A DNA stretch of 54,740 nt, filler included, from Basidioascus undulatus (GCA_000826855.1; 5 parts of 5 records of this genome joined end to end with filler, not necessarily neighbours in it), one strand, 5' to 3'; counted from the first letter of the whole stretch, positions 24,726 to 36,816 are shown. The notes: a model not told the origin generated them from the letters alone. Translations and numbers: made by a program.

Positions 24726-26596
24726 ATGTCGGTATTGTTGGAGACGTCTCTCGGTGACATAGTCGTGCGTTGTCTTGTCATCGTAGGCCTCAGAGGCGTG
24801 CTGACCACGTGAAGGGGCGAACGAGCAGATCGATCTGTTCACCGAGGACTGCCCAAAGACTTCGGAGAACTTCCTGAAGCTCTGCAAGGTCTATTACTAC
24901 AATCTCAACGCTTTTTTCAATGGTACGTCTCTTGACGTTCGCTGTTGAAGTCCAGCTCACCCTTGGCTTTGCTCGCTACCACAGTCTCCAAGAACTTCCT
25001 CGCCCAGGTCGGCGACCCGCTCGCGAACGGCAAGGGTGGCGCCTCAATCTACCACCAAATCTCTTCCTCCTCCGCGCCGCGCTACTTCCCGCCCGAGATG
25101 AAGCCGAGCCTGAAGCACACCGCGCGCGGGACCGTCTCCATGGCGGTCGCGCACCCGGAACACGGCACGCCCGGGTGCGGGAGCCAGTTCTTCATCACCC
25201 TTGGCGAGAATATCGACTACCTGGACGGGAAGCACGCACCTTTTGGCGTCGTCGTGGAGGGCCTCGACACGCTCGAGAAGCTCAACGAGGTGTACACGGA
25301 TCGGGACGGGCGGCCGTTGAAGGACGTGCGGATCAGGCATGTGGTGGTGCTGGGTGAGTCGCTCTTTCCTGCGTCGGGTTCGGGTGGATAGCAGCGAGAT
25401 CATGAGATGGTCAAACGCTTACATTGCTGTCTTGGACAGACGACCCCTATGACGATCCGCCGGGCCTGGTTGTCCCTGATGAGCCCCCGACCGTCCCTCC
25501 CGACGCTGGAAGCGGCACCATCCGCATCGAATCCGATGAAGAGCTGGAGTCTGACGTGCGTACTCCTCTTTTTTTCTCTCTTGGTTCCATAATCTCACAA
25601 TGTTTCCCTTACAGCTTCCTGAAGAAGAGCAAGAGCGCAAGCGGCGGGAGCAAGCCGCGTCCGCCTCTGCGCTCACGCTCGAGATGGTCGGCGACCTGCC
25701 ATTCGCCGAGGTCCGCCCGCCTGAGAACATCCTCTTCGTCTGCAAGCTCAACCCCGTCACGCGCGACGAGGACCTCGAGCTCATCTTCAGCCGCTTTGGC
25801 ACGGTGCTCAGCTGCGAGGTCATCCGTGACAAGAAGACGGGCGACAGCTTGCAGTACGCGTTCATCGAGTTTGACAAGCAGGAGGAGGCGGAACAGGTGT
25901 GTGCGTGTGGATTGGGGAAGCGGTAGACGGGGACTGACGTGTGCCTGCTCGCAGGCCTACTTCAAGATGCAGAACGTTCTGGTAGACGACCGTCGTATTT
26001 GGGTCGACTTGTGCGTCATGTGTCTTTCTTTCCTGTTTGCAGGCGCTGATAACCCGTTGCATCGCACACAGCTCGCAATCCGTTTCGAAGCTTCACGACT
26101 CTTGGCTGGAGGGACGTCGTGGCGGAGGCGGAGGTGGGCGAGGAGGGCGCGGCGGACGCGGAGGACGCGGAGGAGGACGTGGTGGCCGCGGCGGTGGCGG
26201 CTACCGAGCAGGCACGGTGGAGCCTTCGCGCGCATACGGCGGCGGGGCGTCAGCGGGCGCAGGGGGACACGGCATGGTATTTGACCTCGGCGAAACTGAC
26301 AATGTGAGTCTACCCTTCCCCCAACACCGCCCTCGAAAGCAAGCCGCTCATTCGGTCCGCACGCAACGCAGCGCGAGCTTCGTCGCGCACGCCAGGACGA
26401 AGGGCGTCTTGAGGAGAGGGACCGCGACCGGGACCGTCGGCGGAGCCGGAGCCCTGGCAGGCGCAATTATCGAGATGGCGGGAGGGACAGGGACAGGGAT
26501 CGGGAGCGTGAGCGCGACCGCAACAGGGACCGGGACGGATATAGGCGGAGGGAGTACGATGACCGCGACCGGAGAAGGGATTATGACCGTCGCTAA
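24726..26596 (+). CDS. PPIL4: Peptidyl-prolyl isomerase-like 4 (cyclophilin + RRM + RGG/RD-rich tail)
   Basis: [105 protein letters not shown]. Confidence 0.97.
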
Positions 26597-26858
26597 GTTG
26601 AATATCAATTGTTTCGGCGACACAAAAGCAACTCGCTGCGGTGCGGTACTGTTGGGGTCGCTGACATGGCGCGGTCCGCCTCAAGAGAACTGAGAACCGC
26701 AAGCACGCGCATCGTGCGTTGATTACCGTGCGCCTGTGGATGTGTTGTGGAAGATGCATCCGTCCCGCCCCCCATCTCCCTTCTCTCTGGTATAGCACAT
26801 TCCCCCCAACACCTCTCCCGTCGACCCTTCCCCGCAATGTCCTTCCCCAGTTCCTGTT

Positions 26859-27887
26859 CTACTTCTGCACGACCACAGGAGCATTATTTGCCCTGTAAGT
26901 CAGCAAAGAGGCGCTTAAGGCGGTGATCGAGGAAGGACACAACTTGCCTGACGGCGGGTGTAGACGGGGTTCTGCTTCTCATGAATTTGGGGCTGGTCTT
27001 CGGGAGAGCCGGGAATGTTTTTGGTGAGGCTCTGTGGGAGGTGTGGTGTCAGCGATCTATCGCATGTGGACGTGGTCGGGCAATTGTCCTCGTTGGCTCG
27101 GGAGCTGGGGGATCGCTGCCCAGACACCAGTACCTCGGCATAAGGCGTGGCTGGGCCCCAGCCAGACCCGACCTCCTTGGCCTACTCGAGCCTGCAGCCG
27201 TGCGTGCTTCCTTGAAAGCAGCATCCCCTCCCGAAACCTCCGACCCATCCCGTGTAGCAGCGTAGGACGTCAGACTCACGAGCTTGGTGAAGACACACTT
27301 GTTAAGCGCGCGCTCCGGCTCTCGGCAAGTATGGAATTTCTGGACGCGATCATCCCCTGTCAGTTACGTAAAGAAACGGTATCAAACTGAGCAAGAAGAC
27401 GGACGTGGTTGTTGTACTCCAAGCATTTCCAGTGGGCGTCGAACTCCGCAAGACAGTTCTCCCGAATCTTGCTGATACTGTAAGACGAAGCGAGTGCCAC
27501 GTCAATCATCAAGAGACGGCGGGGACAGAGGGTAGGGTGAGGGAGGAGAGAACGTACACGTCCTGCGCACAGCGAGTGACCTTGCGACCCTCGGCCAGGC
27601 AGTGTGCGGGGTCCCGGTTCTCCGCCTTGCAGAGCATGAAGTCCTCTGAATTATTTCCCACCCATCCGAACCATCCCGAGTATGAGCGCCGGGGCCCAAG
27701 GCAGAGCCGCGAGGAAGGCCAAGAACGGACCATTGACCTCCTTGCAGTGGTCGCCGATGAAGAAGCTCGCGCTCTTCAGAGGCGCGGAAGTGACGCCGAG
27801 CTCGTCAACGTGGGGGACGTCAGACGGGAGCGGCGTCGTGTCGACGTAAGGCTTCGAGTTGAAGATGGCATCGCGGTGGGTCGCCAT
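26859..27887 (-). CDS. NDUFA8: NADH:ubiquinone oxidoreductase subunit NDUFA8 (CX9C, 19-20 kDa)
   Basis: VDELGVTSAPLKSASFFIGDHCKEVNEDFMLCKAENRDPAHCLAEGRKVTRCA...NCLAEFDAHWKCLE...CREPERALNKCVFTKL...IPGSPEDQPQIHEK. The last intron is inferred to be GC-AG, ending the protein ...RRQK*. Confidence 0.96.
27074..27245 (-). other. Long imperfect hairpin inside NDUFA8 intron 27032-27279
   Basis: Nested sense-strand complementary segments GGUCGG/CCGACC, GGUUUCGGGAG/CUCCCGAGCC and GGGGAUGCUGC/GCAGCGAUCCCC, plus an apical UGGCUGG/CCAGCCA hairpin. Confidence 0.75.
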
Positions 27888-28628
27888 GGCGGAAGGAGCG
27901 GGGCCAGGGGAAGGGCGAGCGGTGGGGGAAGGGGGGACTGCTGCGTGTCGCCAGAATCCCAGTCAGCGTTCGGGGTGCTCTGTAAATTGAGAATCGTGTA
28001 TATGGCTGACGCGAGGAGAAATAAGGGCCGCAGCGGTGAGGAGAGCTACGGCAACAACCGCGATGGACGAATGGGTGCAAGCGAGTTCGACGACGCGCGA
28101 AGGCAAGGCGCTCTGTCCGACGGCTGCCGAGCTTGCCTTTCGGTGCTGCTGGAATTCATCCTGATTCAACAGCCCGCCTTCCTGCTCTGTTATTTATGTC
28201 TCAACGCGAGCCTGACCACTCTGGCAATCATAACATGCTCGGAAATACACTGTTTTTCGTACGGTATAGGCGACAAAGAGCTGGTGTCTCCGCGAAAGTT
28301 CGTCCTTGCTGGCCCAGAGTGATCTTCAACCGGCATAAGTGCTTCTCACTCTGCCCGTCTCTGGTTTCCGACAATCGCGTATTGCGACTGTTAACTGGCC
28401 TCGCTAGTCAAAATGCTACCAGTTACGGAACTTACGATCAAAAGCCAAGAAGCCGAATCCCGCAGTGAGCGCGAGTCCGACTGCCATGGGACCGCTGTGT
28501 TCAGCCTCCACAGCGCTAGGTCATGTTGGCAGCGCGTCGTGAGCCGGCAAGTCCAAGACCGGGGACATCCTCCAACAACCTCCAAGACCTACAAAAGGCC
28601 GCCCATCGATAACCAAGCTGACGCCAAC

Positions 28629-30175
28629 ATGACTGCTTACGCGTTAGAACCTATTGCGCCTCCTTCGCCTTCTCCCCTCGTCTACCAGCTCCGACGGTTC
28701 TTTTATGCCGTGAAGCTCGTCTCTCTCCATATACCCTTCACGATGTAAGAAGGCTTCCCTTTCGGCCTATTTGATTCTTCTGGGCATCAGGACGGAGCCA
28801 GCGCTAAACCGGACGTTTCTCTGCAGTCTCCGAGTCTTCCTCACGCACCCTTTCCCGTTTCTGCGCCCCCACCGCGGCTGGAGCCTAGGCCAGCACTTTA
28901 GCTACCTGATAGTGCAGGCTGCCAGTCGGCACACGACGAACTGGGACATCGCGCCGCCCCGGTCGGACGCGGAGAGATGGAGCGTCCCGGCTGAGGCGGG
29001 GGCTCGGCTGCGCAACGACCTCGCCGTCAAGGTCGCCCGAATCGAGGCCGCCGACGAGGAGTACATCCTCGGTCAGGCCGAGCACGACAAGGTCCGGCCG
29101 GGCGCTGTGCCTGGTTTCTGGGTGTGGAAGAAGGGATCCGGCAGGGAGGGGACTGGCCCGGCTAAGGACGGCGAGAAAGTCGTCCTTTACCTCCACGGCG
29201 GTGGGCATCTCTTTACACTGCTCAAAACTCTAGGACTGCATTCGGTACTAATTGGTTGATGGTAGGCGGCTACATCGCCATGCACGCGCTGACCTTCCCG
29301 ATCCCAACGTCCGTCGCTCGGAGCACTGCGCACCGCGTTCTCACCGTGGAGTACCGCCTCTCCCTGAGCGACTCGAGTAAGCTGGGCTTATTTATCCCAT
29401 CCGTATACCTTCAGCGGCTGACGATCTTCCGATTGAAGCCGCCTGGCCGGCTGCGCTGCAGGATGCGCTCGCAGCCTACCTCCACCTCGTCCTCCCAGCG
29501 AAAGCAGGCGGGCTGGGCTTCTCTCCCGAGAACGTCGTAGTCGCGGGCGACTCGGCTGGTGCAAACCTGACTTCCGCTCTCTGTCTCTACATTGCGGAGC
29601 TGCGCGAAGTCGGTCTCGAAATCGGGTTCCCTGGCAGCGTGGCACTGATCTCCGCGCGTCCCCCGCCCACTTCCCTTTCGGTCTAAAGCTGATGTCCCGT
29701 TCGGAAACAGCCCTGGGTCGACCTGACCTCCTCCTTCCCCTCGACTCACACCAATGTCCATACCGACTTCCTCCCAAACATGGGGCTCAACTCCGACGCC
29801 GTCCGCTCGCACACCCGCCACTTCCCCGCCTGCGTCGCGAGCCGTTACTTCAGCCCGGCGTTGGCGACCGTACCTGCGTCCGTCTTTGCGCCCCTCGCCG
29901 AGGCAGGCGTTAATGCCTGGATCCAGGTCGCGGGCGCGGAGATGTTGCGCGACGAAGGTCGGTCGATTCATGGACTGCGCCGGCGTTTGGCGGGCTGTGC
30001 TGATTTTTGGAGGTGATCAATAGGCCTCGCTTATGCTGCTAAGCTGAAGGAGGCTGGGATGCAGGTCGAGCTGAGCTTCCTCGAGGGTGAGGTGCACGAT
30101 TCCCTCGTCCTTCCTCTCGGGACCAGGACGGCCATGCGGGACCTCCTCCAGGCCATCAACAAGCTGCTTGCTTAG
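28629..30175 (+). CDS. Alpha/beta hydrolase, HSL-like family (abhydrolase_3; Say1/Mug81-like esterase)
   Basis: VVLYLHGGGY oxyanion motif, VEYRLS, WPAALQDALAAYLHL, VVVAGDSAGANL nucleophile elbow, SPWVDLT, GAEMLRDE, GEVHD. Confidence 0.92.
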
Positions 30176-30628
30176 CGTGTGAGCCGTTGCGTGCTGTCCA
30201 ATGGGGCATTTTGAATAATATACCAAATCAATGTATCATGAGCATGTAGTTTGCCTTCGCTTCTTGACTTCGCACGGTCAGTGGTTTGCCAAAAGTGTTC
30301 CGTACAGGTAAAGGTTGAAAGAGATGGCCGCAAATTGAAAGTTAGTCTGCAACGAGGCTTGTCAGGCAATACATTTTCGAAATGTTTTACGTCTCGAGAG
30401 GCTGGAACTGGACCATACAACTTGGTGGAAAAGCGCCGAGTACACCAGCGACCACTGCAGAGCATGACTGCATCGGGCGGAGTGGTTGAGGCATTCTCTC
30501 TTGAACCATACTAAGAGAACCAGCACAAAGAGAACGCTCAAAATGATTGCAATTCCTCCAAGCTTTTCACGGCAACAAGCCCCGCTACACGGCAGAGCCG
30601 CTACACTTCTCAACCCTGATGTCCCACA

Positions 30629-31164
30629 TCAGATCCGGGAGCCGTCCTCCGGCGACGGTCCTGACTTGCGGTCCGAAAGCATCTGATTTGAAACCCAAGG
30701 CAACCATTAGAACCGTAGAGCAAGATGCTAGCCGGACACATACGGACCTTCTTCAGTCCCTCCAGCTGACCGGAGAGGAAGTCGATTTTGTCTTCGGCGA
30801 ACGTAGCAGCCTGCCATATTCCGGCGTTGTTAGGGTGATTTCAAGAACCATTGGCTTACATCCCATCAAAAAGGAGTGAACTCACCTTGTCCTTGGCCTG
30901 CTCCCTCCAAGCTTCCATTTGCCGTCTCTTGGCCTCGAACTCTTCCTCCTTCTCCGCCGCACGCGCAGTGCTCCACTCCCAGCCGACGCGGCTTTCCCCA
31001 TAGTTGCGGTGCTCCCGGTGCTTCATGAAGAAATAGGTTGTTCCAGCGCCAATGAGGAACCACCACAGGCGGTGCGGGCGGCGCTGGTAGACGAACATCG
31101 GGCTGGCGAACTGGATGGCGTGAGCGGAGTGGTGCGGGTAGTGAGGGGGAGGGTAGCAAGGCAT
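30629..31164 (-). CDS. Small single-TM uncharacterised protein with C-terminal helical/coiled region
   Basis: Three exons splice cleanly: MPCYPPPHYPHH...RRPHRLWWFLIGAGTTYFFMKHREH...QAKDK / AATFAEDKIDFLSGQLEGLKK / MLSDRKSGPSPEDGSRI*. Confidence 0.8.
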
Positions 31165-31224
31165 TGGTGTGTGCGGATGTTTGAGTGCTGTTGAGTTGGA
31201 AGAGGATATCGAGCGAGTGCGGAT

Positions 31225-31231
31225 ATTTATA
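31225..31231 (-). promoter_or_regulatory. Candidate TATA box
   Basis: TATAAAT about 60 nt upstream of ATG 31164, in otherwise GC-rich sequence. Confidence 0.45.
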
Positions 31232-32822
31232 CGCTCCGCATAGCGGCTCGCTGCAGGCAGGACAGCGACGCGCGGTGGTGCCGTTGCCGTTCGGCTCGGC
31301 GTGGGCGTCGTCAATGTCCGGCATCCCACAGCCCATACCGCGTACACACTTGCGGGTGTCGTCCAACGAAGATATACATAGGCACGGAACCACACAAGAT
31401 GGCAGCAAGGAGCCTTTACGGCCGAGAGACGATATGCCCGAACCTGGCAGCGAGTCCACGCCTGCGCCTTGCCGAGCGAGGCGCGGTTTGCTTTGCAGCG
31501 TTGCACACCGTGGTACTCCGACGCCATCTTTCCGCCTCAAATACAGAGTACACCAAAGAGGCTTTGCAGAGAATAAACCATATAACTGAGTAGTATGCGG
31601 TTGGAAAGCACCACTTACACAGACGACACGACACGGCAATCCCACACTTCCAGGACACGACGTTGCAGCGGTTGGAGAGCGAGTCTGACAAGCAACAGAA
31701 CGTATCAGGGTAGAAAGCTTTGAAGAAATCCTCAAAAATTGGTTCGAATAGTCAGCTTCACAGGTGTCCGCAGGTTAAGGTCCGCGAGCCTCGCCAGAGA
31801 AAACTGATCATGCTTTTACGGCTGCTTCTGGCCCTGCCAGGTAAGCCAGGTCTATTTATTCAAGGGCGTTTAGAACAGAAATGCTCTTGGTTAATGGATT
31901 GAGTATGATCATCAAGTGTCTGACCATACCTCAGTCGCAATTTCGGTAACGCGCACTTCAAGAGGGGTGGCCCACAGTGTCCGTCCTCGCCTGCCGAACG
32001 CTGTTCAATGTAGCAACCAGATACCACCATTAGAGTTTGCTAGCTTTGTTTATTTTCAAGTTCCGTGCTACCTAATGCCCAGTTGATGGCTCTGATTTTG
32101 ATTAAAACCGCAGGGCTACGCATCTGAACGGTGGTGGCAGGCAGTCCAAGCATGACATCGCTTGGTTTGCACTTGCGCTGGGCTTTGCCCTTCATCACAC
32201 CCTTGAACACTTTTTGTGTACTATCGCAATTGCGTGTCTGTTGAATCTGCCTCTGTAGCAATGGCTTCTGTTGGTGGGCAAGGAGCCTTGACTGACAGGC
32301 CACCGTCGCACTGCGTCGCTTGAGGTAGAGGTGCGTTGTCAACAAGGAGTGATAAGACTATAAGCATCTACCTCAAAATGTTCTGTGCAGAGATCCTTGT
32401 GAGCGACCATCGATGTTCTCACTCGCTGTTTGGTCGCTGCCATGTGCCACGTCGCCAACGGACAGCAGCTTGGGACACGGATGAAAGAGCGGGCGACCAC
32501 TCCCGAATGTGAAATTACAGCTTAAATATATTGCAACGTGAAGATGAGGGTCTAGTTGAACATCCACATAGCGACTGAAGTCGAAAATGCCTGAAATTGT
32601 CGCTTGCAGTCCATCTGAAACAAAAAATGGTATGCCTTCCGGCGACGTGCATTCGCCTGGCGTCGCGCGCAACGGCCAGCCAGCGCACCTCAACCTCGAC
32701 CACCGCGACCGCATACGCTTCTCCACCCCCAAACGCACTTTTCCTCTCCTCTCTGACGCCGAAAAGGCGTACAAAATTCGCTAGCAGGAGCCTCCGCGTT
32801 TCGAAGCTCTTGCCCACAGCTT

Positions 32823-32922
32823 NNNNNNNNNNNNNNNNNNNNNNNNNNNNNNNNNNNNNNNNNNNNTTAATTAATTAANNNNNNNNNNNNNNNNNNNNNN
32901 NNNNNNNNNNNNNNNNNNNNNN
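32823..32922. other. Artificial contig linker
   Basis: N44-TTAATTAATTAA-N44. Confidence 0.99.
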
Positions 32923-34392
32923 GAGCGTGTGTGTGTGTTTGCTGATGTGGCTGATGGTGTGTATGTCGTGAGTCGTGCGTGTGAGATGAGGTCGTTAGAG
33001 TGCCGTAGCGTGTTGGATGTCGAGTGGAAGTGGAAAGCAACAACAGTCGTTGGTGTGTGGAGGTCGTTCACTCTCGTGTTGTCGACATCGGCCTAGCCGA
33101 TGACGACGGCGGGGGGGAGGAGGGCAAGGAGGAAGATGGGAAGACCTCAGACGAGATGGTGATGGTGGTGATGGGTATAACAGTGCGAAGGGTGCGAGTG
33201 AGAGACGGTCGGGATGGAAACCCCTAAGGGCGCGAGCGCCGCCAGCTGAGCGGCAGCCCTCGCCCGCCGGCCGACGCGTCCCCTCACACGACGCGCCTCG
33301 CGTCCGAGTTCAGCCATCATCGACAGTCGAATTTCTTCAACAAACAGCCTCTTCTCCTGCAATTTCTTGAATTCCAATGAATCCATGCTCAAGTACTTTC
33401 TCTGGGTTGCTCAGAGAGGCTCACGCAAACGTCTTGCGCAACGACATCGCTCGAGCCCCTATCTCGCTGATTGCCACAGCCTGACAGCGTCACGTGCATG
33501 AAAGCCGATACAGGACTGCCAGAGGATTACATTGCCTGTATAGTTCACAGGTTGTACAGTTTAAACAGGAGCGTCTCCTTAGGCACACCGTACCCAGGTT
33601 AAAGTCCCCTTCCCAAGACCTGAGGCTTGCGGACGTGCTTGAGCACCGCAACCTGCTGACAACGGCTACCTTCGCTGAGGAGACTACCAGCTGAATCTAA
33701 AAAAACGCCATGTATTTTCAATGTGGTATACTAACCTTCCATCAGCGACAATGCTTCAATAACGGAGGCAGCAGCTGGCGCCGGTTCTTCCCAATCCTCG
33801 CAGGGACTGCTTCCATCGACGAGGTGGGCTCGCACCCCCGGGCCCACTCCTCAACAAGGTTCAGGTTTCGGAAGGAAATAACTTTATCTCGTCCATTATC
33901 CCTCTTCGCAGTCAACCACGAGTTCGCTCAGCCGCATTCTTCGACGCTCAGTGGCCAGCCCAAGTCGGTGCACGTCTATCAATATGCCCCAACTGTGCTC
34001 CCGAAGAAGCATTATAGCGATTAAAGAAACCCCTGATGGACCATAAGACAAACACACTACTTGCCTCAGGCAGCAGGGGCCAGTCCGAGGCACGCACGCA
34101 GGGTGAAGTTTTCCAGTGCGAGTGGCCTGTCTGGCCGCGGAGCCGCCATTTCCCCTTCCAAGGGATCTGACATTTCCAGAACCTCAAGCTTCGATTCATT
34201 TTTTTTTTCCTGTGAGAACCATTTGAGCTTTCAACGTAAAGGTGCCCCTTGGGAGGGGCCGTGGGCGCCCCTCCGTGCAATATGGGTACGGCGCACGCTG
34301 GAATGCCCCCTGGCTCCCACGTGTCCCTTGCCGTTGGGTAAATAAACACAACACTTCTCCATCGAGCTACGGGTGTGACTGTAGCCAGAATC

Positions 34393-34399
34393 TATAAGA
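34393..34399 (+). promoter_or_regulatory. Candidate TATA box
   Basis: TATAAGA about 160 nt upstream of ATG 34555, followed by a CT-rich leader. Confidence 0.4.
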
Positions 34400-34554
34400 G
34401 GACGGCTGCCCCGCTGCAGTTTAATCCCCATCAGCAGCAGTCCGCTTCTCTTCCTCCCTCACACTCAGCCAGTCCTTCTCACTCCCACATTCGCTCAACA
34501 CCCACACTCCTTCCACCTCCACGAGCACAAGGACCACCACCCCTATCCCGAGCC

Positions 34555-35995
34555 ATGCACTTCCGCGCCACCCCCACCGCGCTCACCCTCATCGGCCTCT
34601 CCTGCTCGAGCATCGCCTTCCCGCTCCTGCACTCCTCCACCTCCCCCTCCTCTTCCTCGCTCAGCGCACGAGGCTCCAGCCGCGGCCCGATCAACATCAA
34701 GAACGACGTCGTCGCGGACCTGGTTATCACCGAGGAGGACTTCGACCACAACCACCTGGAGAGCGGGTCGCGCGGCGGCGGGAAGAAGAAGAAGAAGCAC
34801 TCCAAGCGCGACTACGACAGCGAGGACAGCGAGGAGGAGGATGAGGATGAGGAGGATTACGATGATGAGTACTCGGATGATGAGTACGTGGTCGAGTACC
34901 ACCACGGCGGGTACTTCGGCGGGGACAAGGGCAAGTGCGATGTGTACTGTAGGAAACTGCCTTGGTGCGTCTTCGACTTTCTCTTGTTCAAGTGCAGGGC
35001 AGAGCTGACGACAAAACCCCTGCCTGTTTCACAGGCAAGAGTGGAAGCCCTCCGAGTCCAAGTGTGGGAAAAGGCCGGAGTATGTCTACCTCGCCGAGGT
35101 CAAGGAGCACGTCCCCAAGAAGGACGTCTGCGCGATCGAGGTCTCCAAGTGCCTATACAAGCCGCAGCGCCCCGCTGCGGTGCAAGTGAAGAAGCCGAAG
35201 AAGCCCGAGTACCTCGAGGTCGAAATCGTCGAGGAGGAGAAGCCCGAGTACGTCGAGGTCGAGTTTGTAGAGGAGAAGAAGCCCAAGCCGGAGTACGTCG
35301 AGGCCGAGTACGTCGAGGCCGAGTTCGTTGAGGTGGAGGAGGAGGAGCAGCCCGAGTACGCGTACATCGTTGAGATCCAGGGCGAGAAGCCGCAGTGCGT
35401 CGAGTGCCTGCAGGCGCCCGCCCCGCCCGTCTACTACGAGGAGAGGCCCAAGCCGGAGTACTACGAGGAGTACAAGCCACAGCACAAGCCCGAGTACTAC
35501 GAGCTCAAGGAGGAGCACAAGGTCGAGTACCACATGGGCAAGGGCGCGCCGTGCTATGAGGAGGAGTGCCAGCCCCAGCACGAGTACAAGCCCGCTCCGG
35601 TCTATTATGAGGAGAAGAAGCCCGAGTACAAGCCTGCACCCGTATACTACCAGGAGAAGAAGCCCGAGTACAAGCCCGAGTACAAGCCCGAGTACAAGCC
35701 CGAGTACAAGCCCGAGTACAAACCCGAGTACAAGCCCGAGTACAAGCCTGAGGAGGAGTGCGAGGAAGAGAAGCCGGCGTACAAGCCCGAGCATAAGCCG
35801 GAGGTCGTACAGGTCGAGCAGCCCAAGCATGAGGAGCACCAGCCGTTCTACTACGAGGAGGAGAAGTACGAGCACAACCAGAAGTACGAGCACAAGAAGT
35901 TCGGGTACGGGAACGCTCCGCGGGCCGAGTGCCCCAAGAAGGAGTGCGGGCAGGGCGCGCAGTGGAAGGGCGAGCATGGGTGCGAGACTGTGTAG
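34555..35995 (+). CDS. Secreted Glu/Tyr/Lys/Pro-rich repetitive protein (456 aa)
   Basis: Exons 34555-34964 and 35035-35995 splice in frame (1371 nt). Signal-peptide-like N-terminus MHFRATPTALTLIGLSCSSIAFP, a KR site, an acidic block, KPEY repeats, scattered Cys and strong GC3 codon bias. Confidence 0.88.
35660..35752 (+). repeat. Coding 12-nt tandem repeat (AAGCCCGAGTAC), 7 full copies plus a partial, encoding (KPEY)n
   Basis: Seen directly; near-perfect units, with further degenerate copies across 35200-35800. Confidence 0.97.
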
Positions 35996-36816
35996 GTCCT
36001 TCAGACTTTCTCTACTCGAGCTTTGAGGCCCACAAGTACTGATGGCAGGATCTCTTGGGACAGTTGCAAACCCGGGCACAAGTCGCAGATCGCTTTCGTA
36101 GACGAGAAGGAAGTTCACCATTGCCGCTAGATGTGTCTCCCTTCCGAGCAATAGGCTTTTCTTTCTCTGCCCCTCCTCGCATATAGACATTTTTAGTTTT
36201 TTTGAACATGTACACTGCTGGTTCTTCGAATCGATCCTTGTAAACGACAATGTGCACGCCACTTTGCAGTTCGCCGTTTCGCAACGCATCTACTTGCATC
36301 AACCAATATCTGCGTGCTGTTCACGAGTTCAAGGAAGGGAAACGAGAAATACATTCTAGAACGATCAAATGCAGGCTTTTCTGTCTTTTTAAATCTCGTT
36401 CGATATCATGAAGCTCGCCTGCCAGGGCGACGCAACGGTTTCGACTCAAGTCCTCCATTGCTTTTTGGCTGACAGAAATTCACATCAAGTTCCGCCCAAA
36501 ACGCTTCCGCATCAAACCTCATATGAATGTTCATAGCCCAAAGAGACCGCAGGCCCTCCCACTCGTCTTCACCAGTCCATCCCCATCCCATGGAAAGGCA
36601 CCGTCTCCAGCGGCACGCACTCGTCGCCCCACTAAGTCACCCTCCCATCCATCCCACCAGTAGTCTCCTGCATTTTCCCGGAATCATCGCGGACGGCGAG
36701 AAACTCCGCGACCTGCACGATCGGAAACATCCGTTCCCCCATCCACTTCAATCCCAGCGTGACCTCGTCAAGGGTTGAGACAGTGTAGTCGTTCACGCTC
36801 GCATGACAGCTAGGAG

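Noticed and set aside
26097..26596. RGG and RD/RE repeats
   Set aside because: Ordinary low-complexity tail of PPIL4-type splicing-associated proteins.
33072..33088. Minus-strand ATG exon MSTTRE followed by GT, reminiscent of a 14-3-3 N-terminus
   Set aside because: Only about six codons before a putative intron that runs into the contig end; cannot be supported.
35153..36289. 378-aa Leu/Val/Gly-rich minus-strand ORF that looks like a membrane protein
   Set aside because: Antisense shadow of the KPEY repeat (LGLV repeats); codon bias, intron and signal peptide support the + strand.
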